A stretch of 63,766 bases of DNA, filler included, from Ministeria vibrans ATCC 50519 (taxonomy: Eukaryota; Protista; Filasterea): assembly GCA_943704425.1 (NCBI GenBank). It is 8 parts of 8 records of this genome, joined end to end, with 100 filler letters (N's around TTAATTAATTAA, not from the genome) between each part and the next. Parts side by side here need not be neighbours in the genome. Positions count along the whole stretch, not along the records: positions 1 to 17,803 come from CALSCP010001167.1; 7 more parts are not named here. The stretch is one strand, 5' to 3'. This document shows positions 1 to 10,880 of the stretch, piece by piece (the first letter of the stretch is position 1; each line of letters begins with the position of its first letter). The notes beneath the pieces were generated by a model that did not search any database, had not been told where the DNA came from, and saw only the letters and a program-made list of their open reading frames with translations. Both the position numbers and the translations under genes were made by a program.

Positions 1-23
1 TTTTTTTTCTTTCTGCTGCATAG

Positions 24-1210
24 TGGGCCAGGACGACAGTCAGTACGTGACCAACTCGTTTGAAAAGTTTCTCAATACGCGACAGGGCAAGCCGTTTGCG
101 GCGCAGCTGTCGTACCACAACTGCCACATCCCATACATTGGAACGGAGCAGGCGCGCGACGACTGTCGCAGCGGACGCACCTGCCAGGCAGGCAACTACT
201 CGGACGCCCAGCTAGACTTTTACGCGTGCCTTAACGAGCTCGATGCCAGCGTGGGGCGTGTGCTGCAGATTCTGGAAGAGAAGGGCTACCGCGACGACAC
301 GCTGATCTTCCTGACGACGGACAATGGCCCCGAAGGCAACTGCCAGCCCGAGGGCTTCTGCACCCCAGAGCACTTCAACAAATGGCCGGGCTCGAGCGGA
401 CCTCTGCGTGGCCGCAAGCGTGATACATGGGAGGGTGGCCACCGCGTGCCCGGCATTGTGGCGTGGCCCAAGGTGGTGGGACCTAATGCGCGCGAGTCGT
501 TCGTGCCCGTCGTCACGAGCGACTTCCTGCCGACTGTCATGGAGGTGCTGGGCGTGTCGCGCCCGGCGTCGCAGGCCCACTGGGGCTTTGACGGCACCAG
601 CCTTATGCCGCTGCTCAAGGGCCAGGGCGACCAGTACTTGGCCGAGCGCGGTATTGGCTGGATGTGGCAGGGTGTCGACCTCAAAAACAACCAGGTATGC
701 GTCCCTCTCCTTTGTGTGATGCTAAGACACACACACACCACACTTTACTACTTTTTCTTTCTCTCTATCGCTTTGGTTTTTCTCTCTCTATCACTTTGTT
801 TCTCTCTCTCGTTCTCTCTCAATTACTTTGTTTCTTTCTCCCTCCTTTCTCTCTCTCTTCCTTCCTTCTCTCTCTCTCTTCCTTTCTTCGCCCTCTTCCT
901 TTCTTCTCTCTCTTCCTTCCTTCTCTATATCCCTCAAACTCTCTCTGTCTCCCTCAAACTCTCTCTCTCTCTTTCTTTCTTGTTCGTGTAGTATGGTTTT
1001 CGCTACGGCAACTGGAAGCTGGTGCGGGACAGCCAGTCGTGCTCGAATGAGGACTGCAAGAAGGAGATGCTCTTCAATCTGGACAGTGACTTGGCCGAGT
1101 CGGTCGACCTCTCCAAGTCCCATCCCGATGTGTTTGAGGCCATCAAGGCTAACTTCACGGTGTGGCACAACTCTGTTATGCACTCACGTGTGGCCGAGAG
1201 CACCTGCTGA
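24..1210 (+). CDS. Arylsulfatase-family sulfatase, 3' part (2 exons: ~24-694, 992-1210; 5' end lies outside the window)
   Basis: Motifs ELDASVGRVL, TLIFLTTDNGP, GPLRGRKRDTWEGGHRVPGIVAWP, DFLPT, DGTSLMPLL. After the GT(695)-AG(991) intron the frame continues YGFRYGNWKLV...LFNLDSDLAES, typical of a sulfatase C-terminus. Confidence 0.9.
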
Positions 1211-1245
1211 AGGGTGCCTAAAATAAATGATTGACCAAGAACACT

Positions 1246-1876
1246 TCAATAGACAAAGGGAATGAGACGCCAGGTTCGTCGCATGTAACGCTCGTAGGGC
1301 AAGCCCAACTCACGCACAAGCATGCGCTCCTCGTTGGCAATGCGGCTACGCCAGATGATCGCGTAGACAACAGAAATGACGAGCAGGGCCGAGACGGACT
1401 GTGTCATGAGTATTGTGTAGCCAAGGAACACGATCAAGTTGCCCAGATAGCCCGGATGGCGCACAATGCTGTATGGCCCCGCGTCGATCACGGGCTGGCT
1501 CTCGGCCGTCTTCAGTGTGCGCGTAAAGTATTTGCCAAGTCTACACAGGGACAGATAAACAAACGTCAGACAGCGAGTGTGAAATGATTGTTTACATTTG
1601 CATGGCGACAAATCTGAGCCAGCAGCCATGGAGCATGGCGATCATCAGCAAAACGTATTGCGTATCGGTCAGGGGGATGTAGCCCAGGTCAAGGAGGCGC
1701 GCGATGAGGCTCGGTGCAACGGGGACAAAGAGAATGCCAAACACTGCGCCTTTGGTGTTGCCGCGCCAGCCATCCATCGATTGCGTCGCCTTGTCTTTCA
1801 CGCGGAAGAAGCGCTCGCCAACAATCCAGTAAAAGATGTAAATGAGAACGGGGCCGTAACCGCGGAGAATGAACAT
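1246..1876 (-). CDS. Isoprenylcysteine carboxyl methyltransferase (ICMT/STE14/PEMT)-family membrane methyltransferase, 2 exons
   Basis: Hydrophobic N-terminus. The spliced join gives MQI-LGKYFT; motifs GPYSIVRHPGYLG, RIANEERML, YERYMRRTWRLIPFVY. Confidence 0.85.
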
Positions 1877-2055
1877 TGTTAAAAAGAAAAGAACGTGAAA
1901 GAGAATGATCAGATTTCAAAAATCAAATTTCACTTTTACTTTACACACCACCTTTTTGGCAGAGTCTTTGCTGGCATCGTCGTGTGTTCCCCCCACCTCC
2001 CTCGTCCCCCACCCCTACGCCTGTGCCGGCCCCCTTCGCTCTCTTGCCCTGTGGA

Positions 2056-2270
2056 ATGCGACTGTACACGCACAAACTACACCGTCGCAACAGACGGACG
2101 ACGCTCGCCAAGTACATTGCCAAGGTGAACGCTGCCGCGGCCGAGTGTCCTCAGTGTCTTGCCTCCAAAGCACCAGAAGAGGTGAACACACCGAAGAAGG
2201 ACCTTTGACTTGCTTTTGAAATCCCTTCACAACACTCACTCTCTCTATCACTTTGTTTCTTTCTTCCTCC

Positions 2271-2327
<57 letters not shown>

Positions 2328-2415
2328 CACTTTGTCTCTTTCTCCCTCCTCTCTCTCTCTCTCTATCACTTTGTCTCTTTCTCCCTCCTCTCTGTATCAC
2401 TTTGTCTCTTTCTCC

Positions 2416-2490
<75 letters not shown>

Positions 2491-2538
2491 CTTTGTCTCT
2501 TTCTCCCTCCCTCTCTCTATCACTTTGTCTCTTTCTCC

Positions 2539-2574
<36 letters not shown>

Positions 2575-2967
2575 NNNNNNNNNNNNNNNNNNNNNNNNNN
2601 NNNNNNNNNNNNNNNNNNNNNNNNNNNNNNNNNNNNNNNNNNNNNNNNNNNNNNNNNNNNNNNNNNNNNNNNNNNNNNNNNNNNNNNNNNNNNNNNNNNN
2701 NNNNNNNNNNNNNNNNNNNNNNNNNNNNNNNNNNNNNNNNNNNNNNNNNNNNNNNNNNNNNNNNNNNNNNNNNNNNNNNNNNNNNNNNNNNNNNNNNNNN
2801 NNNNNNNNNNNNNNNNNNNNNNNNNNNNNNNNNNNNNNNNNNNNNNNNNNNNNNNNNNNNNNNNNNNNNNNNNNNNNNNNNNNNNNNNNNNNNNNNNNNN
2901 NNNNNNNNNNNNNNNNNNNNNNNNNNNNNNNNNNNNNNNNNNNNNNNNNNNNNNNNNNNNNNNNNAC

Positions 2968-3061
<94 letters not shown>

Positions 3062-3557
3062 CCGCAGGACAACGACAGCCCCTCGCTCGCCAACACTTCG
3101 CCTGCATCCTCATCCGTTGAAACCCCGCTCCATGCGACGAGCAGTTCGCCCAAAAAGAAGAAGGAACCAGAGCCAGAGAAAGAGAAGACTGTCGACGAAT
3201 GGTGCCCAACACAACAGCCATAATAATTATGCGATTTTTATACGTTTTTACTTTTTTTTTTTCTGGAGTAGGACCCAACATCACGCCTCTCTCGTGCAAA
3301 AACTTGAAGAATTGCAAGCAGAGAAACACTCGCTGTTTGTCTCGCTGAAGCAAGTGCTTCAGGGAGACTCAAAGCGCAAGACCGCGGCGCCTCCACCTCC
3401 ACCACACCTCCCACCCTCCTTCTCAGGCACCTCCTCCTCCGTCTCTGGTGCACTTCCACTAGGACAGGTCCGTGTTACTACAGTCGGCACCTCTCAGTCC
3501 ATCTTTGGTGCAATGGGCCGTCCACACACCTCGCACTATCAGCACCTCCAATTGTAG
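2056..3557 (+). CDS. GPS2-like coiled-coil protein (fragmentary; interrupted by CT repeats and an N gap; start uncertain)
   Basis: Exon ~3271-3557 encodes KLEELQAEKHSLFVSLKQVLQGD, resembling the GPS2 coiled coil (LQEEKHQLFLQLKKVLHEE, from memory), followed by a Pro/Ser-rich tail. Confidence 0.45.
2240..3058. repeat. (CT)n tract punctuated by TATCACTTTGT(T/C)TC motifs; related tracts at ~780-980, 16680-16885, 39097-39300, 42430-42680 and 60198-60420
   Basis: Seen directly; such tracts abut many of the N gaps. Confidence 0.95.
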
Positions 3558-3679
3558 TACTAGTTTTGTTTTAGATTGTACCCAGCCTTGTGTATTAAAA
3601 GAAAACCCCCCTTTCTGTTCAATGTCCTTCCCTCACGCACACACTTTCTCTCTTTCTCGTTCACATCCACACCAAAATA

Positions 3680-6600
3680 TTACTTCGGCTTCGTCTTGAG
3701 TGGCCCTGCCGCCGGTGCCGCCGTCTTGCGCACAGCTCCCGCCGCCGGCGCTGCCTTTCGCACCGCCCCTCCTGACACCACCGCCTTTCTCTTTTTCTTT
3801 ACTCCTCCCACACTTGCCTCACCACTCTTCTTTGTCTTCTTCTCCGCCGCCCTCGTCGTCGCCGTTGGTGAAGCCACGACAACTGCTGCTGTTACTGCTG
3901 CCACTGGCTTCTCCGGCGTATACACAACAGACTCGCCCAGCGGTAGCTCAGGGCTCCCTCGCGCACTGTCTTCTGCCACATGGTACATGGTCCCCTCGGC
4001 AAGCACCTGTGCCGCCGTCTTCCCCTCTACCACCGTGATCGTCCCGTCTTCGTCACTCTGTCCAATGTGCATGGGGCCTGCTCCCAGACTCGCCTGCGTC
4101 GTGTCCTCCAAGGGCGTGCCCATGCCAGTCCCTTCGCGAGTCGCCGCGCGACTCGACTCGCTCCGCATTGAGGGATAAATATCTTCGCTGACGTACGATC
4201 GCACCTCATCCCGATCGTCTGCGTACGCTACCTCGTCACTCCGCATCTTTGTGATCTTCTCCTTTTGCCTTTGCGCATCCACCGGGATCTGCTCCACATT
4301 CTTGCCACCATGCTCCGCATCCGAGGGTTTGACGGCTGCTGCGAGTCGCTTCGCCTCCATTCCGGCCCGCCGCTTCGTCGCTCGCTCGCGTGCCCGCTCC
4401 GCCTGTCGCTTTCGGTCGGCCTCCAAGTAGCGCAGGTCCATTTGCGAGTTGCGAATCTTGGCCTTGCTGATCACGCCTGTGCTCTCCTGCTCCATTTCCT
4501 TGCCTGCCTCACGCGCTTGAGCCTCCGCCCGCCTCAGCACTTCCTCCAACTCCGCTTGTCCCACTCGACCCCGCACTTGTTCCTCCACCATAAGACGCGC
4601 CCGTCTGAACAAGTCGCGCATCTGTGCGTCGCTCTCGTCGCGCATCCCTTTCATGTCGCGCATGCGTTCCTCGTCCCACGCACGATCCAACTCTAGCACT
4701 TCCTTCTCATGCTCCAACATCAGTCGGTGCTTTTGCTCAACGTAGCTATCCTGCTGCAGGAATACCACGGCCCCCTGCAGCGTCAATGTCTTGACCATCT
4801 GTACCCCCGTGATGGACAGGCGCACGGTGGAGCGCATCAATCGCGCCGCCCCTTCACGATCTGTGTCGCCCCGCTGCAGCCGTCGCATGCGTGCCTCGCG
4901 AATCCGCTGCTGCACTGCCATTTGCTGCTGCGTCCGAATGTTGTTCAGCGTCACATTGAAGCGGTCTAGGTCACGTTCGTGCTCCTGCAACTTCTTGACG
5001 GCGACATTGTCGGTCGCAAGTGTGCCGCCACGTGCCAGACTTTGCATCAGCGCCGCCTGTTCGTCCCGCACCGAGTCCTGCTGCTGTCGCTTGCGCTCAA
5101 TCTCGCGTCGTGCCACCTCCAGCTGCATTTGCGTCAGCAACTCGCCCACGCGCACCTCCTCCTTCTTCATCTCCATCATGCGCTCGCTCAGAATGCACTC
5201 GCGCAGCGTCTCATACTCCTTGTCGGCTTCCACCTCGTGTCGCCGCAGCAGCTCGCGCATCTCGCCCATGTGCTGCACCAACACCTGGTCGGTGCCTTGC
5301 ATGCGATCACCCAGCTGCTGCTGGCCGAGATGTCGCTGTCGCTCGTAGCGCTGTCGTCGGATAAGCGTCAGCAGCTCGCGCTCTTTAGCCGCTGCCAACT
5401 GCTCATAGTAGAGTCCGCGGCGTCGCACTCGTCGCAACGCAACGCTCTGTCCAAAGCGCGCCACTTGCTCCTCGTGCTCAAAGAGCACCTGGTCGTGCTC
5501 TTGCTCGTGCCGCGCCAGTGCTCCCCCCGAAATGTTCGCCACAATCTCCGAGTCGATGTCTTCAAGGGCACGCGCGTCGTCTGCTTCGCGCAACTGCTCT
5601 GCATGCCACAGCGTGCGCTTTGTGGCCAACTGAGTGCGATTGAGGGCCGCCAGCTGCTCCCGCTCGTATTGGTGTTTGCTGTCGTACCGCCCCAGCAAAT
5701 CCGACTGCTCGGCACGCACTCGTTCACGCTGGTTGTTGGTCAGGTTGCGTGCGCGCCCCAACACCTTCTGCTCGTTGGTTGCCTCGGCGCCCGCCATCAT
5801 TTCGCGCACCTGCTCGGACATTTCGCGCACGAGTGCCATCAATTCCTGTCCCGCCTGCTCATCAATGCGTTTTACAATTGCATACTGGCGTGCGCGTCGG
5901 GCGCGGCACTCGGCCGCATGGCGACGCGCATAATCAACGAATGGACGGGCGAGGGAGAGCGCCTCTTCGCGTGTCGCTCCGCGGTTCCCCTTGAAGTCCT
6001 CCTCTTCACCCTCTAGCGTGCCCTGTAGTACCTCCTGTGACGACATGCTGGCAACGACCGCCAGCTGCTCACGCAGCACCTGGGTGAGCTGGCGGTGCAC
6101 AAGACGTTCCTTCTTGGCGAGCTGCTTGAGCATCTTGCGCGCATCGCTCGTGTAGTCCACCACCTGCATCACATTGGCAATGCCCATGTTGCGCTCGCGC
6201 GATGACAAAATCCCTTGAGCCGTCAGGTCGTTGAGAACGTTGATCTGAAACGCCTTCCACGTGTGCACCCGATTGACAAAAAAGTCCAGCTCCAGTTCAC
6301 GTTCGCGAAAAAGCGCCAGGCGTGTCTCCATCTGTTCGTTGAGCACCAGCTCACAACGCTCCAGCTCGACCGAGGCATTGCGGTCCAGCTCGGCCAGATC
6401 GTCCGCAATTCGCACACGTAGTTCCGCCACTTGCGCATCGCGCATCTCCGTCACTTCGCGCGTCACATCTGCTATCAGCGACTTCTCAATAAGCTTGAGC
6501 GCGGCACGTCGCTTGAATCGGAAGTCCATGCGCAACTCTTCGCGTTTCTCCTCGCTCTCAATGCGAAAGACGCGCGCGCGGTTTCGCAGCTCACTCTCAC

Positions 6601-7912
6601 GCGCATCCCGCAACTGATGTGTCTGCAAATCGTCCACGTCGATGCCACCGTCGTCGACCGCTCTCATCTGGTTGTGCAACGTGCCATCGAGATCCTGCGC
6701 TTTGCCGGCCGCGCGACGCCGCGCCTCCTGCAGCTCCAACACCTCTCGGTTGATGTCCTGCATCTCGTTGGCCAGCTCATGCATGAGCACGTCCGTCTCG
6801 CTGGCAATCTGGTCGCGCAACACGGCGCGCCATCGTTTGTTCTCGGTCTCAAGAAAGGCACTCATGTCATTCATAGACTTTTCAAAACTTTCGCGCAGTT
6901 TGTGGTCGGCAATCGACGAGACACGATGTGACTGGCGCACCGTCGCAAGCAGCACCAACATGCGATCGTAGACAAGGTCGTTGCGTTCGCGTGCAATAGA
7001 CTCCTCAGCGTCGATGGTCGCGTGCAAGTCGCGTCGGACTGCTTCCTCCTCTGCAATGACGAGGTTGGTGGCGGTGAGAAGGGGAACAATGCTCTCCGCT
7101 GGATGGTTGTCGACGACGGCATTTTCGCCGGGCACCAGGATATTCTTGTTGCTGCTATTGTTGTTTGTGCGTTGCGGTTGTGGTTGCGAGCCAAGTAGGA
7201 CGCGCAGACGGGCGTTCATGATGCCCTCGGTCGATCCGGCAGCACTGGCGCCGCCCACTGATGAGGGGGTCGCGGGCATACTGAGATGGCCATTGCCACC
7301 ACCGCCGGCGCTGTTGATTACTCCGGCAAAGCCAAAGGCACTGCGTTGCTGGTCGCGTGCACTACCAGTGGGTGATGGGTGACGGTCGTGGTTGAGCACA
7401 AACTTTTTAAAGCGGCCCGCCAGGGTTTGCACGCCGGCCTGTTCTGCCTGACCCGACGCCTCGTTCTTGTCAATTTGGTTCATCAATTGGAGTGCGGTTG
7501 TGGTAGCGGCGCCTGTGGGCACGGGTGTCGACGACGCACCCCCATACTGGTGCTGTTGTTGCCGTGGCTGACGCGCATGTTGTGAGCTCTGGCGCGACGA
7601 CGGGGGCTGATCTGCTGCGTCCGTGTGAGGGCCTTTGTCCTTGGCATGTTGTTTTTTGCCCTGTGTCGCTTTGACGGGTGCTTTGCCGAATCCTTTTTCT
7701 TCGTCACCGCTTGCACCCGGTCGGTCGTGGCCCATCGACGAGTTTGAGCGTCCAATGGCCTGTTGACGATGCAGGGAGAAGTTGTGGTGCGCATCTTTCA
7801 TACGTCGCTGCTGGCTTCGCCGCACTCGATATGCAACTAACAGCACCATGAGCGCACCAAAGACAAAGCCACAGATGGCTCCCACCACTGTTCCGACGTG
7901 TTGAAAGGTCAT
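3680..7912 (-). CDS. EVC2: EVC2/limbin-like protein: N-terminal TM anchor, long coiled coil, Lys-rich C-terminus (1410 aa, single exon)
   Basis: TM segment VGTVVGAICGFVFGALMVLLVAY followed by RVRR. Block SIARERNDLVYDRMLVLLATVRQSHRVSSIADHKLRESFEKSMNDMSAFLETENKRWRAVL matches the remembered pattern of EVC2 (LEACRTQISKDIIALLLKNLTSSGHLSPQVERKMSAVFKKQFLLLENEIQEEYDRKMVAL). LNDLTAQGILSSRER motif is shared with the EVC-like neighbour. Head-to-head with that neighbour. Confidence 0.65.
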   Translation of the reverse strand: MTFQHVGTVVGAICGFVFGALMVLLVAYRVRRSQQRRMKDAHHNFSLHRQQAIGRSNSSMGHDRPGASGDEEKGFGKAPVKATQGKKQHAKDKGPHTDAADQPPSSRQSSQHARQPRQQQHQYGGASSTPVPTGAATTTALQLMNQIDKNEASGQAEQAGVQTLAGRFKKFVLNHDRHPSPTGSARDQQRSAFGFAGVINSAGGGGNGHLSMPATPSSVGGASAAGSTEGIMNARLRVLLGSQPQPQRTNNNSSNKNILVPGENAVVDNHPAESIVPLLTATNLVIAEEEAVRRDLHATIDAEESIARERNDLVYDRMLVLLATVRQSHRVSSIADHKLRESFEKSMNDMSAFLETENKRWRAVLRDQIASETDVLMHELANEMQDINREVLELQEARRRAAGKAQDLDGTLHNQMRAVDDGGIDVDDLQTHQLRDARESELRNRARVFRIESEEKREELRMDFRFKRRAALKLIEKSLIADVTREVTEMRDAQVAELRVRIADDLAELDRNASVELERCELVLNEQMETRLALFRERELELDFFVNRVHTWKAFQINVLNDLTAQGILSSRERNMGIANVMQVVDYTSDARKMLKQLAKKERLVHRQLTQVLREQLAVVASMSSQEVLQGTLEGEEEDFKGNRGATREEALSLARPFVDYARRHAAECRARRARQYAIVKRIDEQAGQELMALVREMSEQVREMMAGAEATNEQKVLGRARNLTNNQRERVRAEQSDLLGRYDSKHQYEREQLAALNRTQLATKRTLWHAEQLREADDARALEDIDSEIVANISGGALARHEQEHDQVLFEHEEQVARFGQSVALRRVRRRGLYYEQLAAAKERELLTLIRRQRYERQRHLGQQQLGDRMQGTDQVLVQHMGEMRELLRRHEVEADKEYETLRECILSERMMEMKKEEVRVGELLTQMQLEVARREIERKRQQQDSVRDEQAALMQSLARGGTLATDNVAVKKLQEHERDLDRFNVTLNNIRTQQQMAVQQRIREARMRRLQRGDTDREGAARLMRSTVRLSITGVQMVKTLTLQGAVVFLQQDSYVEQKHRLMLEHEKEVLELDRAWDEERMRDMKGMRDESDAQMRDLFRRARLMVEEQVRGRVGQAELEEVLRRAEAQAREAGKEMEQESTGVISKAKIRNSQMDLRYLEADRKRQAERARERATKRRAGMEAKRLAAAVKPSDAEHGGKNVEQIPVDAQRQKEKITKMRSDEVAYADDRDEVRSYVSEDIYPSMRSESSRAATREGTGMGTPLEDTTQASLGAGPMHIGQSDEDGTITVVEGKTAAQVLAEGTMYHVAEDSARGSPELPLGESVVYTPEKPVAAVTAAVVVASPTATTRAAEKKTKKSGEASVGGVKKKRKAVVSGGAVRKAAPAAGAVRKTAAPAAGPLKTKPK

Positions 7913-8207
7913 GTATGGGAAAAAAGAAAGAAGAAAAACTGACGAAAAAGGAAAATAATTAAGGAATCTGGTCCGTACCCCATGGCAACCAAGTCAACAA
8001 TAGGCAGCAAGTGCCGCTTTCTTCACCCGCTACCTACTACCTGTATCACGCAAGACACCATTGGAGTTGAACAAGCGGGAAATTTCATTGGGGTGCTGAG
8101 TTATGTTGAATGTACATGTTTAGACGTAATCAGTCAACGTCAGACCTTTTGAAATATTTATGTGGTATGCCTTGAACTTGAGTAAAATAGAATAATTTGC
8201 TCTTGAT
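7913..8207. promoter_or_regulatory. Putative bidirectional promoter (295 bp between divergent start codons) with an X-box-like RFX site GTACCCCATGGCAAC at 7975-7989
   Basis: Divergent ATGs at 7912 and 8208. The motif has a perfect ATGGCAAC half-site of the RFX consensus GTTGCCATGGCAAC. Confidence 0.6.
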
Positions 8208-8763
8208 ATGCAGCGTCACGTTGTAGGCATGTTGCTGATGGCTGTGCCGTGTCTGGCACAGCCACAGAGCGTGCTTGGTGCGGCGCTGGGCACTGTGGGC
8301 GGCATTTTATTGGGAGCACTACTTATGATGGTCTTTTTGTATTACCACGGTCGTCAGAACAGAGTTCAGCGCGTCGCACCCGCACCCGAAGAGCCCATTG
8401 TGATGCATACCATGAATGGACGGCGCAGTGCGCACAATGGCACTCCCATTTCAAGTGTCGCGAGCGTTGCGCCGGCAACGCAGTACCACATTCGCTCGTC
8501 GAACAACACGCCGTCGTCGCAGCACACGACGGGGCGACTCAGCCATGGAGGTGCCTCGCCCACGCAGGCACAGCCCATTGCGACGGTCCACGAAGAGGAC
8601 GCTCGCAGTGGCGGCGGTAGTTTCCATCGCGTTGCTCCTTCGCCCCACGACGGCGACGATCTCTCCGACATCCACGACACGGGCGACGTCGATCCTCTTG
8701 GACAGAGTTTTGCCACCGGCGATGGTTCCATTCACAGGTGCGGTTTACTTAATGCGTTGGATT

Positions 8764-8794
<31 letters not shown>

Positions 8795-10778
8795 NNNNNN
8801 NNNNGGCCATTCTGCACTGCAACAAACAGCGGATCGGCGCCTGTGGTTTAATATTGATCGGCACTGTTGTTGTGCGATTCAGTGAAACGGGCATTGTGGA
8901 GCTCACTCGGGAACTACGATTGCCTGAGTTGACGCCTGATACGAGTATCATTGAGGTGATGCGGTTGCGCAACGAAAACGAGTCGGAAATGCTGTTGCAA
9001 AAGGAGGATGTGCGTGAGACGATGCAGTTGGAGCAAGAGATGCGAGAAGAGAAGGTGTGTGTGTGTGTGAGTTTTGTGTTTCTTTTTTTTTCTTCTTTTT
9101 GGTCTGATATCATCGATGCGTTTGCTTTTAAGGACGCTGCCTACGTGGACCGGCTGCGACATGCCATTGAACAGCTGAAGTACCAGGGCAAGATTGATGA
9201 GGACGATTTCTGGGAGTTGGTGAATGCTTACAAATCGGCGGTGGAAGAGGTGGAGGACACGATTGACTTTGAGCTGCAGCAGCGCATTGACACGATTGTG
9301 GCGGAGGGACTTGATGCAGAACTAGAGACTGAAAAATGTGAAGATGCGCGTCGGCTGATGGTGCAAAAGAGAGCGTCCGCACTGGAAGAACAGCAACATC
9401 AAGTGAGTGTTATTATTCTTATAATTATGTATAATTATAATTATAATTATGTGTGTGTATGTGAAAGAGAGAGAGTGAGGCATGTATGCATTTTTATTAT
9501 TATTATTAATAATCATTATTATTATTAATATTTTTATTCGTTTTTATTACGTCTAATAGTATTATAATAATAATAATTATTTTATTATTTTTTTACGACC
9601 AGTACTGATTTTTATTGTTGAATGACAGGTGCTTGAGAACCTTGCTTCGGCGGCAGACCTGACCGAGGACGAGGTGGATAACATTATGCATGCACTGGTG
9701 AAGGACATGTCGATGCTAGACGAACTTATCTACAACGACACGCTCAAAATGTTGTTGTTTTTCCGACGCAAACTGCACGGACGAGTGAACATGGCACGTC
9801 TACAGGCGCAGCGACTTGCACAAGAGACAGAGAAGCTCTCGACGTTTCAGGCGCAGGTAGCAAGTACCATTGATCACTTGTGGGAGAAGGGGACTTTGTC
9901 GTCGCGCGATCGCGATGAATTGTTGGAGCGCGTAGAGGGCGAGCGAGAACGTATTGCGATCGAAGCTAGACGGTATGATTTTTCTTCTTCTTTTTGTTTT
10001 GACCTTTGATTGTTCGATATCGACATCGATATCGGTTGAAATGAGTCTTTTTATAATTTGATTGGTTACAGGGCACGGGAGAAGGAGGAAGTGACACTGA
10101 GCAAACGGTTGAGTCAGGAGAAGGCAGATGCACGAGCTAAGACACATGCGGAACAGGAGCGGGCGGTGGCCGAGAGCGAAACGGCCGTACGTAAGGTGGA
10201 CCCGGCGACCTTTATCCGACTGCGACACGCCCTGCTGCAACAGCAGCGCATGGAGCGCAATGAGCTTGATCAGCAGCTGGACAAGGGAGCGATGAGCGAG
10301 TTGGAGGATGTGAGAAAAATGGCGTCCGACCGCACCCGCGGCGTTATGATTGCGTCCGCCGAAAAGGTATTATCAATATAATTATAATAATAATTATTAG
10401 GGTTTTGGTTGTGAGTGTTAAATTTATGAAATTTGTATGAACTTGTGAATAGTTCTTTCGAGAAATGCGGGAAAAGGGACAACTGAGCGAAGAGGAAGAG
10501 GAGCAGTCGGTTCGACGACTAAGACAGACGCTGGAGACATTGAATGACGTGCTGGCGGCTGAGAGACGCAGACAGGTCAAGGAGCTGTCGCAGAAGCTCA
10601 AAGATGCAACGAAGCGATGGCAAAGCCAAAGTGAAGAGGATCAAGTAATTCCAAGAAAAATATTATAATTATCATGCGCAACCGCTTGTGGCTGTCTAGT
10701 TTTTTATGTTTATAATTATAATAATTTATTTTATAATAATATAATAATAATAATAATAATAAGAAGAAGAAGAAGAAA

Positions 10779-10811
<33 letters not shown>

Positions 10812-10813
10812 TT

Positions 10814-10880
<67 letters not shown>

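Noticed and set aside
2210-3353. Long SLSLSL/ERERER ORFs (also ~790-1226, 39042-39346, 42419-42816, 60142-60456)
   Set aside because: Translations of (CT)n/(GA)n microsatellites and N gaps.
4265-7382. Many plus-strand ORFs overlapping the 1410-aa gene
   Set aside because: Antisense shadows of a GC-rich coding strand; no recognisable domains.
10672-10700. GC-rich patch ending CTAGT in an AT-rich EVC intron as a Helitron 3' end
   Set aside because: The hairpin is weak, and no 5' end or second copy is visible.
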